From: Octopus vulgaris
Lineage: Eukaryota
DNA length: 64,000 nt
Direction of reading: 5' to 3'
NCBI GenBank assembly: GCA_951406725.2
Contig: OX597816.1
Span: 75,454,001 to 75,518,000 of the forward strand
Below, piece by piece: positions 47,698 to 59,770 of this stretch (the first letter of the stretch is position 1; the number at the start of each line of letters is the position of its first letter). The notes under the pieces were generated by a model. That model worked only from the letters and a program-made list of their open reading frames with translations. It had not been told where the DNA came from and did not search any database. The translations under genes were made by a program, and so were the position numbers.

Positions 47698-50600
47698 TTT
47701 ATTAAAAGCAGCAGAAATATCACAAACATTGTTACTCAGCGTTTCACGTTCCCATTCGTCGGACAGTTTTGTTACATTTTGTTTATCAATAAGCAAGATA
47801 TATTCTCCATGACAAAATGCAGTGAGTAGTTTGTCCCCCAGTTTGAATGTGCACCAAGCATATCCGGATTGACAACATTGCAATTCCACTTATCACTGCT
47901 TAGTGCTCCCCTCCGTAAGTTGATTTTGTTTTGCCCGTTTTCACATGGTAATGCTTTTATCTTTAATCAATGATTCAACTCAGCTTAAGATATCTGACGT
48001 AAATAGGATTCTGTCGTATTAACATCTTTTTAGTGGGACATTATTGCTGAAAGTGAAGTGCAGTGACTACAACCAACAATGAAAAAGGATCACCATCAGT
48101 TTGCCAAATATTTCAACTGAATGGGTATTGGCAAATTAATATATCAATCTATTGGTACAAATTTTGCTAGGGTTGGAAAGACTAAGTTAAATTGACTTCT
48201 AGTCACTTACTGTTGTTTCTTTTATCCATTTTGGAATGATGGAAAAGTGTCAAATCTCACACTGATTTATTGTGCTCTATAAATAAGCACTATATGGACA
48301 GAATGTACAGATGAAATTGAATATGGAAAACCGTTTAGTGTGGCTCTGTAAACTTGGCAATCTAAAACTGGAATATTGATCACATTTTGAGTTAAATTTT
48401 ATTTTTACTTTCTTTAGGAAAAACAAAGCTAGAAAAACAGTTACTAATTTGAGATTTATTTGATTTCTTTTTCTCATTTGAGCACTTTCATTAACTTTAT
48501 TACAATAATAAAATTCATGTACAGTTGTAATTAAAGAAGACGTGTTTTTCAGTCTTGTAACTTTTCCTTGTCTGCATAATATAAAATCTATTTTGGTGGC
48601 ATTGAAGATTATTGGCACATGTAATGGATTAGAAACCACAACAAACCTCAACTGTCAAGCAATTAGGAAATAAAATATCCCAACTTACAGAGTTTTTTTT
48701 TTTTTTTAGTTTAGTTAACTTGTTGGCTGTCAACCTTTTTTTCTTCATTTTTTTCTTTTAATTTTATATAACATGGAATTTAAGAACAGGAAATTGTAGT
48801 TTAATATGTTGGAATAGCTTCTCATTATAAAAATATTTTCAATAGTTTTTGCTGCAGCAAACATATCATTTGACAAGTAGCTTGCTATTCTAATGTAAAA
48901 TGAGAAAAGTTACTCTGATGAAATAGGTGATTGCATCAGTTAATTATTACTGTGAGTACTGTTAAGTTTTCTGTGATCCCAGTGTTTCTACTTTTAGGTT
49001 GTTACTGTCACCCTCACATTGACTTCTGTTGGCTGATGGACAATGTGGTGAAAATGCTCTTCCATTTGCACTCTTATACATTGGCACTCTTATCTCAAAT
49101 CAAGTAAAGACCTACTGAAACAGCTTACAGTAATGGGATATTTAGTTCAACTTATAGAAGAAAAAAAAATTTTTTCCTTTCTTGTTTTTTAAGTGGTTTA
49201 AGTATAAGGTAAACAAAGCATGTTTCCATGAGTCAAAATTTGCTTTCAAAATTGAAATATAATTTTACTTGCTAAAAACTTTTTTCTAAGTTTAGTTTGA
49301 ATTATTTTTTAGATCCTCACTCCCATTCTAGTTGAAATGTTTTCATAAAACATTTCAGTTTTATTAATTGGAAATTTCAAACTGAAAGAAAAAAAAAAAT
49401 GACACTTAAATCAAATCACCTATTTTGTTGCTTCCCAACCATGTGGTCTTGAGTTCAGTCACACTGCTCCCTGTGTGGCACCTTCTATTGAAGCCCAGGG
49501 CTGACCAAAGCTTTGTGAGTGGATTTGGTATACAGAAACTGAAAGAAGCCTTTTGTATGCATTTGTGTGCTTGTACCTCTTTGTTTTGATATTGTGACAT
49601 TTGCAGATGAATATCATTCATTTCCAATATTTTGTGAAAATGTCTGGATATGGGCAAATATTACCTTGCTTGGTAACTGAGGGTTGGCAACAGGAAGTGT
49701 ACCTGGCCATATAAAATTTGCCTCAATAAACTCTGTCCAACTCTTGCTAGCTTGGAAAAATAGATATTAAAACAATGATGTTGATAATGATGAATGTCAC
49801 ATGAAATTTCTCTTACTGTGGCAAATTTTCTTCTTTTTCTGCATGTCTGCGTTTGATGAATTTCTTTTTCAACCGTATGTATGAAAACTTTAAACTTCAG
49901 GAACTCACTTACGATATGTTTAAATCCCTTATCTTCATACAAGGCCTTACGGCAACTGAAGATAAAGAAATTCGAGCAAGGATTCTCTCAAAAATGGAGC
50001 AAGTGAACCAAGACTTAACCCTACAGACCATTGTAGAAGAATGTCAAACAATGGTAAACCTGAAACATGACGTGAAAAAAATAACGAAATTTGTACACAT
50101 AAAAATACATGGTGTAAATATTAAACTACAGTTGGATATGGGTAGTAATATTTCAATCATAAATATGGATATATGAAGAAAAATCAGGAAGCTGAGGTTA
50201 CATAAAAAGCAAAAATTGCATGTGGTGTGATGGGTGATTAATTACATTTCATGGGCAAAATATGTACATGCATCACATTTTGAGGAAAAACACACGAAAC
50301 AAAAATATTTATTGTGGAGAATACAATCAATCCATTTGGTACAGATTGGTTGGAGTTATTTGACTTAAGGCACCTCCTCATAAGTCTCTACTGCAAAAAC
50401 ATAGATGGTTGTCCCATTAAAAATGAAATCGTCTGAGGAATTGAAGAGAAAATTATGGCTAATGTTATCCAAGGACTGCCAGTGACTGCATAGGATATAA
50501 GAATGAAATCTGTAGGTGATGAGAATATTGCAAAAATGCTTTAAAAAATAAGCAGAATAAAAATGCAAATTCAAGTAGTTTCTTAATATGCGACAATATT

Positions 50601-53600
50601 CTGATGTATGCACAAAGAGTTGTAGTACTGACTACATTACAAAAATCTGTATTGCAGCAATTTCACAGTGGACACCCTGGGAATGTCAAGGATGAAAGCT
50701 CTGATGAGGAGTTATGTCTATTGGCTGACTATGGACTGGGATATCGAAAATATGGTGAGAACTTGTTGAGGTTGTGCGCTTGCAGCTCAAGCGCGACTGG
50801 TGAAATATCAATCATGGTCGGAGACTGAGAACCCATGGTCTAGGTTACATATCAACTATACTGGGTTGGTGAATAGCGCTTACTATCTAATCGTGGTAAC
50901 CAGCTGTACATAATGGCCAGAGGTATTCAGGTGCAATAAACCAACTGCTAAGGCAACTATAAAGTTCCTATATGAATTGTTTGCGAGATATGATGTTCCA
51001 GACACTTTAGTTTCTGATAATGGAACGCAATTCTTGGGGTATGAATTCAAGAACTTCTATGAAATGCATGTGATAAAGCATATTTTCACTCTACCCTACC
51101 ACCTGAGGTCAAATGGGTAGGTACAAAGATTTGTGGGCATGTTCAAAAGAGCATTAAGAAAAGCTAGGACTGAATTAAGTAACAACAAAGCACTAACAAA
51201 ATGAGAAATGAGATAAAGCCCAAGCAAAAAAAGATACTAAAAAATAATAATAATAAATGAAATTTCTTTATACTCTTAGAATTCAAAATCTCAAAAGGGG
51301 AGTTGTTGTGGTGAGAGTACGACACTCTCTGACAAGAATAGATGGGACCACTACATATAAATAATAGTAGTCTGACATAGTTGGCAGTTTGTAGTTTGGT
51401 CTTTGAAGTCCAGGTACAGTTTATAGTTTGAGTTAGTGTGTTGTAAGTATTGATTGTTGGTTTGTTATGTGTTTGTTACAGCTGCTGTTTTATATCTTTT
51501 ATTGTTATAACACTGTTACAGTGTATTCTTTATCATCAACAGTATCAACCATACTATGATATTGGAAGCATAAGGATACAACGGGTATTTTAAAATTTGA
51601 TCACTGATGTAGCTTTTAAAAATTTACCAAGTATGGAAGAACTTTTTATAAGAAAATGTTTTAAGTTTTTCAAGTAAACTGTGATCCTTCTTCATAATCT
51701 GATATTTATTTAATATTTGATTCACTGTATTTAAATTTAATATTCAGGTGACAGTTTAGTATTGTTTAAGAATTATGCAATAGGTGCATGTATTGCTGCT
51801 TGCTTCACAACCTTGTGGTTCTGGATATGGTCTGTGTGTGGTATTTTGGGCAAGTGTCCTGTACTATAAATGTCCAATATTTTTGTTAAATTGAAAGTGT
51901 AGAAGCCTCTTGTATATGTATGTTTACATTTGTTTTAAAACTAGCAATATGTTGTGTCTCTTCAGATAGTGTTTCAGCATATAGAAACCACTGAAATACA
52001 AACAGGATTTGATATGTATGACTAAACTATTGAAGGTTGTGCACTAGTATGGTCACAGTTTAATAATAACTGAAATCAGAAAATGAAAAAAAAAGAAAAA
52101 CAATTCTATTAAATGTTTTTGATTGTCATTTTGTCGTATACATTTAGTACAAATTGTGTAAATTTAGATTAGACCATGGGTGCAATATTTTTTCTGTTCA
52201 CTATATGACACTAATTGATATGTAATGTCTGTTGGAGCTGGTTGTGAAGTGATCACGTTTATTAAAATGTGTTATAAGACAAAGGACTGAACCATCTCAT
52301 CTGACATTTGTAACAACTGTGAACTATAACCTTATTTGTTCTTAGTCTATAGTTTACATTGGTTTACTTTCTTATCTGCCCTCTACTACCACCCCAACAA
52401 TTTTTGACCCAACATAACTGATCACTAACAACTTCAGTTGACTCAGTTGACAGAATGCTATCATCAAGGAGCTTACTATCACCAGTGCTGCAACTGTCCA
52501 TGACTTAGTTGCTTAGCTAGGTGAGCCAAGCCAACAGAAGCTATCTGTAATTAAGTTATTACATGGATATTTACAGCTAGGTATAATTATATAATGCTAA
52601 CTGCTGCAATTAGAAGATGTGCTATATAAATCGTGCATTTTTAATTTAGCGAATTTTGAGAGATTTCGAGATTAATGCGTTCAGTTTTTTCATAGTACTA
52701 TGTTATTTTGTTATTGTATAAAACTAAGAAAATTAGAAGAAAAGCATTCATTGTCTCATGCAATCTAATTTTTTTTTTCTTAGCTTATGTTTAGTCAATG
52801 CATTTAATAATTTCTTTTTCTATTCATATGTATTTAGTCTATTTTTCAAATTCGTCCAGTTACTAATTTTTCCCCTTCTTAGTCCAGTTACTAATTTTCC
52901 CCCTTCTGTTGTACAATTTTCAAGATTTTTATTGTTTCTAACCTTTTAAATGAGTTAGGATTTTTTGGCAGTAGAACAAACAAACCCCCCAACAAACAAA
53001 CAATTTATTGCTGCCAGTTTATGTTAATCTTTATATGATATATCCTATTCAGACATATTGCATGTCTATATAAGGCCTCAGGAACATGTAAATAATAATA
53101 ATAGGTTTAATATAATTTTATTTTTGTTTATGGTGCATGATAAATATTTGTAAAATTTAGTCAAGGCATAAATGAATAATAACACCTTTCAGATTTGTGC
53201 CTTTAGGTCCATTATTCTTTTTAGGTGTATTCTAAACAAATTTACTATAGGTTTGCTTTCCTGTCTGTTTATCCTCATTATTTAGAATGGCTCTTTGCGC
53301 TTAACATAAAAATTATTTGCGAAATTGAAATTACTGGAAGTTCACCAAACTATTATGTTTGCTACTGCTGCTATTGTTCTACACCTGTGTATATAAACCA
53401 GCAAAAACCTGTACATAAAGTAAAATACTCTTTTTACATGAATAGAGCATAATTATCTGAGTAACAATATCTTTAATCTATATGCATATCTAATAGATTC
53501 CCTATTGATTTTGCTATCAATTTTTTATGTACTCTAAGTGAATCTTCTCTACAGATTCATTGTGTAATGGGATTCTTTAATGGCTATTGTATAATGGTGG

Positions 53601-56600
53601 GTTGTTTTCTTTCTGCTTTTCATAGAAGAGAAATTAGCATGCAACAGACTTTTTACTGAATTTGAAATACCTGTTAAGTTACTCAAACTTAGAATGTTCA
53701 ACCAGTAATTGCAGTTTTATCTTGTTAATCTGTTTAATATAGTAACCAATGCCACTCCCTTCTGACCTAAAAGATCTCTTTCATATGAGATGACTGCTGT
53801 GTTAGGACAATATCGCTACAATATACCTATGATGTCCATGTCTAGACAAGCTGGTTACTTCCATAACATAAGGTCTACATAACAATGTTATTTCTAAGCA
53901 TAAGTTTGAAAGCAGAGGCAATGGAGAGAAGTTCCAGCTAGATCTTGTAAACAGAATCTCCGCATGGTTTGAATATACAACAAATCTCTGCTATCCAAAT
54001 GGCTGAAAATTGTCAGCAGAAGGTACTAGAAACCATGACCTGGATGCTGCACAGCCACCTTAGAGGGCAAGAAATTAATGGTTAAAACCCTTGCCTAAGG
54101 GAAGTTTCTTCTCTAAAGACCTGCTGTTCAGCTTTTCAGAGATTTTCTTGTCACTGCTCAAGCAGAATTGATTAGGTTAGTCAACTAGAATGATAATAAT
54201 AAGCATTACTGTCTGTATGGAGTGATGATTTACAGTTTATTAGCAACCCCTGTTTCCTTGTTTGTTGCTTATGCAACAAGCAAGGAAAAACATCAAGCAA
54301 TTATGCTAAGATTCCTTAAGATATTTTTGTTTTTGTGATAATACAATTGTACTAATAAACACTATTCAAGAAAAAAGCTAGCTTTTTTTTTAAGTCGTTA
54401 ATGTTTTACTGTAATAAAGTTAAAAGTATGGCCATAACCGTGTCGCACATAATATTATTGACAATGATTGGAAAAAAAATTATTACTGTGACATTTAAAA
54501 AAAAATTTTGTCATGTTTAAAAAAAAATGCATTTCCAGTTTTATCCATTTGAATTATGTCATTAATGCGGTTGAGAAAAGAATATTACATTTCATCCCTT
54601 TCTCACTTTTCAATCTGAAGCTGCTTATATAAGAAATCCTCAGTACCTCAGCAACTGAAGTTTTCACAGTCAGTTCCATTTCTTCAGTAAACACCATTTC
54701 AATGGTCTTTAGGTATTGAGAAAAACAAAATCACTACTTCCTGATTCTGTTTCTTTCCTAGAAAATCTCCAGCCCCACTTTTTTTATTTATTTATTTATT
54801 TAAATAAACTTTATTGATAAAGGAAAGAACTGATTTCTTTTTTGTTGTTGTCATTTACAAAATATTTGAGTGATTGCTTTCATTATCTGTCCTTATTTAC
54901 GTATGTATAAAGAGAAACTATTAAAATCTTTAGCCTGCAGAATGTGTGTTGACCTTAGTCCTGCTCTAGCACAATAGAACGGAAATATTTTTGTAATTTT
55001 AATCCTATTTGTAAGTCAATTGAAATTTGTTTTGATTTTTTTTTTATATATATATATATATAGCTTAGTTAAGAGGAAGTGTTGTGCCTGTAACCATGGC
55101 TAGCTATCTGAGACTGAGAATAATGTAGTTTATTTTATAATCATGTATAATTGTGCATGTATAAGCATGCAAGTATACAGGTTATTGCCTTAATGTTTCT
55201 TAAAGCACTTTTATATTATTTTATATTTTACAGATTTATTTGTTTTAATCTCATTAAAAGTTATTTATGAAGATCTAATTGTCTGCTTGTTGCAGGGTAA
55301 TCATTAGTCATCTCCAATCAGACTTATGATCAAAAGTATTCCAGCCATGACCATCCCATTTATTTTCAGACGTAGTATAATTACAATTTTATTTGCTAAT
55401 ATGACTCATTCTTTTTTAAGATCGTAGAGTGTAATTTGAGGGAGACTTGATTGCTAATTCTATCTGGATGCATGGCTGTACAGGCTCTTGTTGGTTTCTT
55501 TTCTTGATTGGGGACTCTTAGAAAACAGCAAATCAAGCAGATGGCTGAGATGAGTTCTGTCTTTGGTTAAAAAGAAAATGAGTTTTACTTCTAAAAATAT
55601 TTGTATTCATACTGAAATAATTTTGGCATTGTGTTGACAAAATTAGTTGGAATAGAAGCATTAGTGTGGGAACTTCTGTCACGGACCATGCCCGTAGAAC
55701 TTTATTTCATTGTTGGAAGGTCATAAAATACTTTGTTTCATTATGGCCTATTTCATATGGTCTTATTTTCAGGTTATGGCACCTCAAAACATCTGGTTGT
55801 TTTGGAACCTAATGTTGCTTTTAAATTTCCTAATCACATTATAAAAACTAGGCCAATGACATTTTAGTAGACATAATTACATTTGAAATAGCTTTTAAAG
55901 AAATTAGTTGAAAATTTCTCAAAAAGAAACAATCTATTGATTATAGTTTAGACTAGCTAGTGCTTCCATTGCCTACTTATTTTGGGGAGGTGTATGGCTA
56001 GGGAAATAATTTTCTACAACTATCAAGGGCATTGATGTTGTCTTGGGCAGTAAAATCCTGGACCAGACGACTAGTTTTGTAGTTTGTAGTTTAGCATCGG
56101 AATTCTCTGAAGTTAGACTTTATTCTTTCTGGTGTCAATAAAATAGCTACCAGTAATTTAAGGTATATTTAATTGGTTTTCTCACAAAGGTTGAATAAAA
56201 TCAATATTACATAAATACCAAAGAGTAGTTGGTTGAAACAGAAGAGCACCTAAATACTGAGACTCTGCCAATGAGATATCTTATGTGATTACTTAGCCTG
56301 TTAAAAACAGCAGCCAAATTGCCCTCAAATTGCACTCAGCATTTTTCTTTAAAAAAAAATCGAAAATATAAGGTAAAAATATTGGTAAAGAATGGGATGA
56401 TCATAGGTGTTGTATCTTGCTGAAAGGAGAGGCTCTTAGTAATGAAGAGCAAGTCAAATAAGAGTATGCAAAACTTTATAAGCAACACAGCAATTTATGT
56501 AAGTGAGTGGGAGATATTCCCCTGGCTAGAACATATTCTTCCCTTTTATAATAGCATTTTCCACTGCATTATTAAATGCTCAATCCAAAAAAAAAAGAGA

Positions 56601-57175
56601 AAAAAAAGGTTCAAATTTGTAGGATAAGTAAGCTATTTTCATTCAAAAGCAGGTAGTTTCATTGGTATGCTTTTTTTTTTTAATACTTAGGACTCTGAGT
56701 TGGAATATCTTTGGTCATAGATTTGCCCATTCAGGGTTAATCTGGGTCTGAACAACAGAAACCTTTTATTCTGTGTTTAAATCTTCCTTGATATGTTTCA
56801 TCCCTTATACTTTGATGCTCTTTAGAATTAGTAACTGTCATTTATATTACTCGATTCAGTTGGCTGTAAGCTCCTATAAAATAATTGAGCTTCTTTGTAG
56901 TTGTGTAAAATGAATAAATAAATATATATTTCTTTTAAAATATGCACATGTTTAATTTTCTTTTATGTAAATTCTGTCTTTTCATATCATTGATGTTTAC
57001 TTTTATTTTGTATTTCAGTCAATGAAGGCACTGGTGTTACTGCCCGTCCAAATTATAACTCTTTCATACATGCTGTACGGTCAATTGTGTGTTCCCAAGG
57101 ATTCACTGGACTTTATCAAGGTGTTTCAGCAAACTGTTTAGGGGCTGGCATGGCCTGGGGAATATACTTCTTTGT
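29819..57175 (+). CDS. SLC25A32: Mitochondrial folate/FAD carrier, 5' part (exons 1-2; gene continues beyond right edge)
   Basis: Exon 1 [28 protein letters not shown] (carrier signature PxDxxKxR) joins in phase 1 to [52 protein letters not shown]. This matches recalled SLC25A32 sequence ([12 protein letters not shown]...[22 protein letters not shown]) and intron positions. Confidence 0.9.
33811..35244 (-). mobile_element. Full-length degenerate DD41D-type Tc1/mariner element (DUF4817-type N-terminus)
   Basis: TIRs CAGGGTGGGGCAGAG / CTCTGCCCCACCCTG with TA flanks. [16 protein letters not shown]..., [28 protein letters not shown] retro-fragment is nested at 33893-34027. Confidence 0.92.
35780..36530 (+). 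mobile_element. Degenerate RTE LINE 3' part
   Basis: [25 protein letters not shown]...[14 protein letters not shown]-like segment, then the tail motif. Confidence 0.75.
36588..36659. repeat. 29-bp tandem duplication (about 2.5 copies)
   Basis: tttcagcattcaagtgaatgccctcttaa repeated. Confidence 0.9.
37401..37640 (-). repeat. RTE 3' tail repeat
   Basis: Same recurrent motif. Confidence 0.75.
38500..38745 (-). mobile_element. hAT transposase fragment
   Basis: [17 protein letters not shown]...[13 protein letters not shown], homologous to the 12262-12678 ORF. Confidence 0.7.
39338..39978. repeat. Two RTE 3' ends in opposite orientation
   Basis: Minus copy about 39338-39735 (with C-terminal remnant [10 protein letters not shown]); plus copy about 39750-39978 ending (GAT)n. 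Confidence 0.75.
41130..41672 (-). repeat. RTE 3' end with tandem ~58-bp subrepeats
   Basis: Repeated ggcatcgaccac...gatggtgctttt units following the tail motif. Confidence 0.75.
42223..42473 (+). mobile_element. tRNA-derived SINE carrying a hammerhead ribozyme motif
   Basis: A box TGGCGTAGTGG, B-box-like GTTTGATTCC, CTGAAGA-(A)-GGCTGG/TCAGCC-GAAAC core; exact 14-bp TSD aaatgtcagtaata (42209-42222 and 42474-42487). Confidence 0.8.
42379..42424 (+). ncRNA. Type I minimal hammerhead ribozyme motif (Penelope-like), probably degenerate in this copy
   Basis: CUGAAGA 42384-42390, 6-bp stem II, GAAA 42412-42415, palindromic ACGU stem III, GUC triplet; stem I pairs poorly. Confidence 0.6.
45276..46230. 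repeat. ~950-bp fold-back element (two ~460-bp inverted arms)
   Basis: Unique outer arms (ttctaaaattttcattgcgtcttgcaaccttttcaatagttg / caactattgaaaaggttgcaagatgcaatgaaaattttagaa), TG/CA-rich inner arms, loop about 45731-45759. Confidence 0.9.
47728..47767 (-). ncRNA. Minimal hammerhead-like motif adjoining a (TA)n tract
   Basis: Minus strand ACUGU-CCGACGA-AUG GGAA CGU-GAAA-CGCUGAG-UA-ACAAU; U4C core variant, imperfect stems I and III. Confidence 0.4.
49425..49792 (+). repeat. tRNA-derived SINE with RTE-like tail
   Basis: Shared head and central box; tail gggttggcaacaggaag...(GAT)n. Confidence 0.7.
49850..51582 (+). mobile_element. Gypsy (Mag-like) LTR retrotransposon remnant with PPT and 3' LTR
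   Basis: Protease [12 protein letters not shown]; integrase FHSGHPG...[29 protein letters not shown]; PPT aaaaggggag followed by TGTTGTG at 51304. Confidence 0.85.
57019..57175 (+). CDS. SLC25A32: SLC25A32 exon 2
   Basis: Acceptor ttttgtatttcag|TC; donor TTTGT|GTAAGT; 157 nt, phase 1 to 2. Confidence 0.92.
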
Positions 57176-57959
57176 GTAAGTACAACACATCTATTGTATT
57201 TTCTTTTAGTATTTGTTTTATATCCATTTTGCTATGTAGCATAAGTTGGATGGAAATTGTTTGGAATTTGAGATCACTATGTCTGGGTGTAATATTGTTG
57301 ATATAATATGCTTTGGAAACTTTTCCGCTTTCAGCTATCTTTGTAAATCTGTGGCAAGTAGGCATAGATTCTTGTTTCAGTGAGCTAGGCTTCTCTCCAC
57401 CTTAGAGAAAAGTGATGGCTTCTTTTGTTTGAGTTATTTACTGGACTGAATGGCTATGGATATCACTTACACAACCACCTTGAGCATTTAGTCATGTCAC
57501 CAGTGGTAGCAGCCATTTTCTAAGGCTCTAGGGTAGTTGAAGGGGCCCTTTTTTCAGTACACAAGGGAAAGCAGGGTGCTTCCCTCTTATCCCATTGAAG
57601 GTTTGTTAGACTTAGTAAAATGTCGTAGACAGCCTGGATCAGAAATCTGATGTGTTGGATGTCAACCTGCCATTGATCTGACCAAGTGATGTTCCATTTA
57701 CTGTATTTTGACCCACCTGCTCCAGGCCCCTTTTTGGCCTAGTCCCACCATCCTGCTAGCTACTTGTAACACCAGTGATTGTTTATTTACTGTTTTTGTA
57801 TGTATTGGTGGTGATGGATTTTGTGTAAGCATGTTGGCTGTGAGTACACAAGCTCCTCTACAGCAAGAAACCTGCTCTGCCTCATTCTCTCATGCTTTTA
57901 TGCCTCATCTTCTAGCATAAAACTTCCCTCCTCTCCTTAGGGTTTGTAGTCTTCCAAAC

Positions 57960-58109
57960 TATATGGTGATCTTACTAGTGCTGGCAGCATGAAAAAAGCA
58001 CCCAGTACACACTGTAAAGTGTTTGGCATTATGAAGGGCATCGAACCATGGAAAATATCCTGACATGCCAACATGGTATATGGAGTATGAAAATGATGAT
58101 GATGGATCG

Positions 58110-58162
<53 letters not shown>

Positions 58163-58403
58163 GGTAGATGGAAACTGAAAGAAGCCCGTCGTATATATAT
58201 ATATATATATGTGTGTGTGTATTTGTCTCCCCAACATTGCTTGACAACTTGGTGTGTTTACGTCGCCATAACTTAGTGGTTTGGCAAAAGAGACCGATAG
58301 AATGTGTACTAGGCTTACAAAGAATAAGTCCTGGGGTTGATTTGCTCGACTAAAGGCAGTGCACCAGCATGGTCGCAGTCAAATGATTGAAACAAGTAAA
58401 AGA
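57960..58403 (+). repeat. RTE tail, (TA)n, and 5'-truncated major-family SINE
   Basis: Tail 57960-58083; SINE body 58163-58403 homologous to 19960-20200. Confidence 0.8.
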
Positions 58404-59359
58404 CTGACCAGTATGTGACTGACCAGATTATCAGATGTTATACATCATTGGTCACAATGTGCTTTGCATTGTTTTAGCTTTCAGATGATGCTATCCTGCT
58501 TGCTAGGTTAGCAGGCCAACATACCCCACTGATCACAAGGGAGACTGGAGCAATGTGAAATGAGGTGTTTTGTTCAAGAACACAATGCGCTGCCCAGTCT
58601 AGGTATCAAACCCACGGTCTAGTGATTGTGAGTGCAACATCTTAACCATTAGGCCACACCCTTCACATACATGCACAGATATAATTAATAGTATATTACC
58701 ACTCTTTGTTATATGATTGTAGTGGCACAGTTCTGGAGAGCTTGGTTTTTTCCACAATGCTGCAGAGTTTTTAGTGCATCGTTTACTTACCACTGTCTTA
58801 ACATTTGGTGATCAAAAAGATTATGACTTTTTGCTTTTCATAATTAGAAGATATTGTGTACTTCAGTTTTAACTGGAGAAAAGTGGCCCTTTCTTTGGTT
58901 GGTAGAAGCATGATTTGTTTTGATCTCTTCTCTCTCTGCTCAATCTTGACAGTTTGGGCCATGTAGAGTGACTTTTCTTGACAGTTTTTTTACTCTTACT
59001 GTATATACTTTGTTGATTAAAAAAAATTTTTATCTCAGATTTTCACAGCTGTCATCATTTGTCTTGTTTATTATATAAGTTGGTTTCTTTATCTTGTTTA
59101 TGTGGTTTCTAGATATTTATGTCGGCTGCTCTCATGATTTTCTAATTTTACACAAGATAATTAATCACCTTTATATTAAAGTTGCTCTTTATCCCTACTT
59201 CCTCATGCTCATCATAATTTGTGTTATTGATTGCTTTTGTGTGGTAAAATGCTGTACTTTAGGCAAACATCTACTACAGTCTCAGCCCTGTAAAAGAACT
59301 TGGAAGGCCTTTTGCAATACCTGTAAATCCAGGAACATTTCAGTACCCCTCATATAGAT

Positions 59360-59770
59360 TATCATCATTGTTTTAACATTTACTTTTCCATGCTTGCATG
59401 GTCAAACAGTATCTATTGAGCTAGATTCTTCTATGACCAGATGTCCTTCCTTGCTTCCAAGTATGATAATATTCCCCAAACTCCTTTGAACACAAATTGC
59501 TCAATGGCTGTACATATTTTTGTAGAAGACTGGAAATGAGTGATAATGCTTGTATGATGGTGAAGCTTTTTTATAATTAGGATGCAATGTCAAGAGAAGG
59601 GGGACACAAACACACAGGCATATACACAGTGGGTTTCTTTCAGTTTCTTTCGACTAAATCCACTCATAAGGAGGTATAATAGGAGGAGACACTTGCCTAA
59701 GGTGTTATAGTGAGCTTGACCTTGAAACCATGTGGCTGTGAAGTGACCGTAACCACTTGACCAAGCATGT
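59360..59770 (-). repeat. tRNA-derived SINE with RTE-like tail
   Basis: Reverse copy of the 49425-49792 type. Confidence 0.65.

Noticed and set aside
53225-53452. 75-codon ORF after an acceptor-like sequence in SLC25A32 intron 1
   Set aside because: No recognisable homology, intron-like composition, and the phase does not match exon 1.
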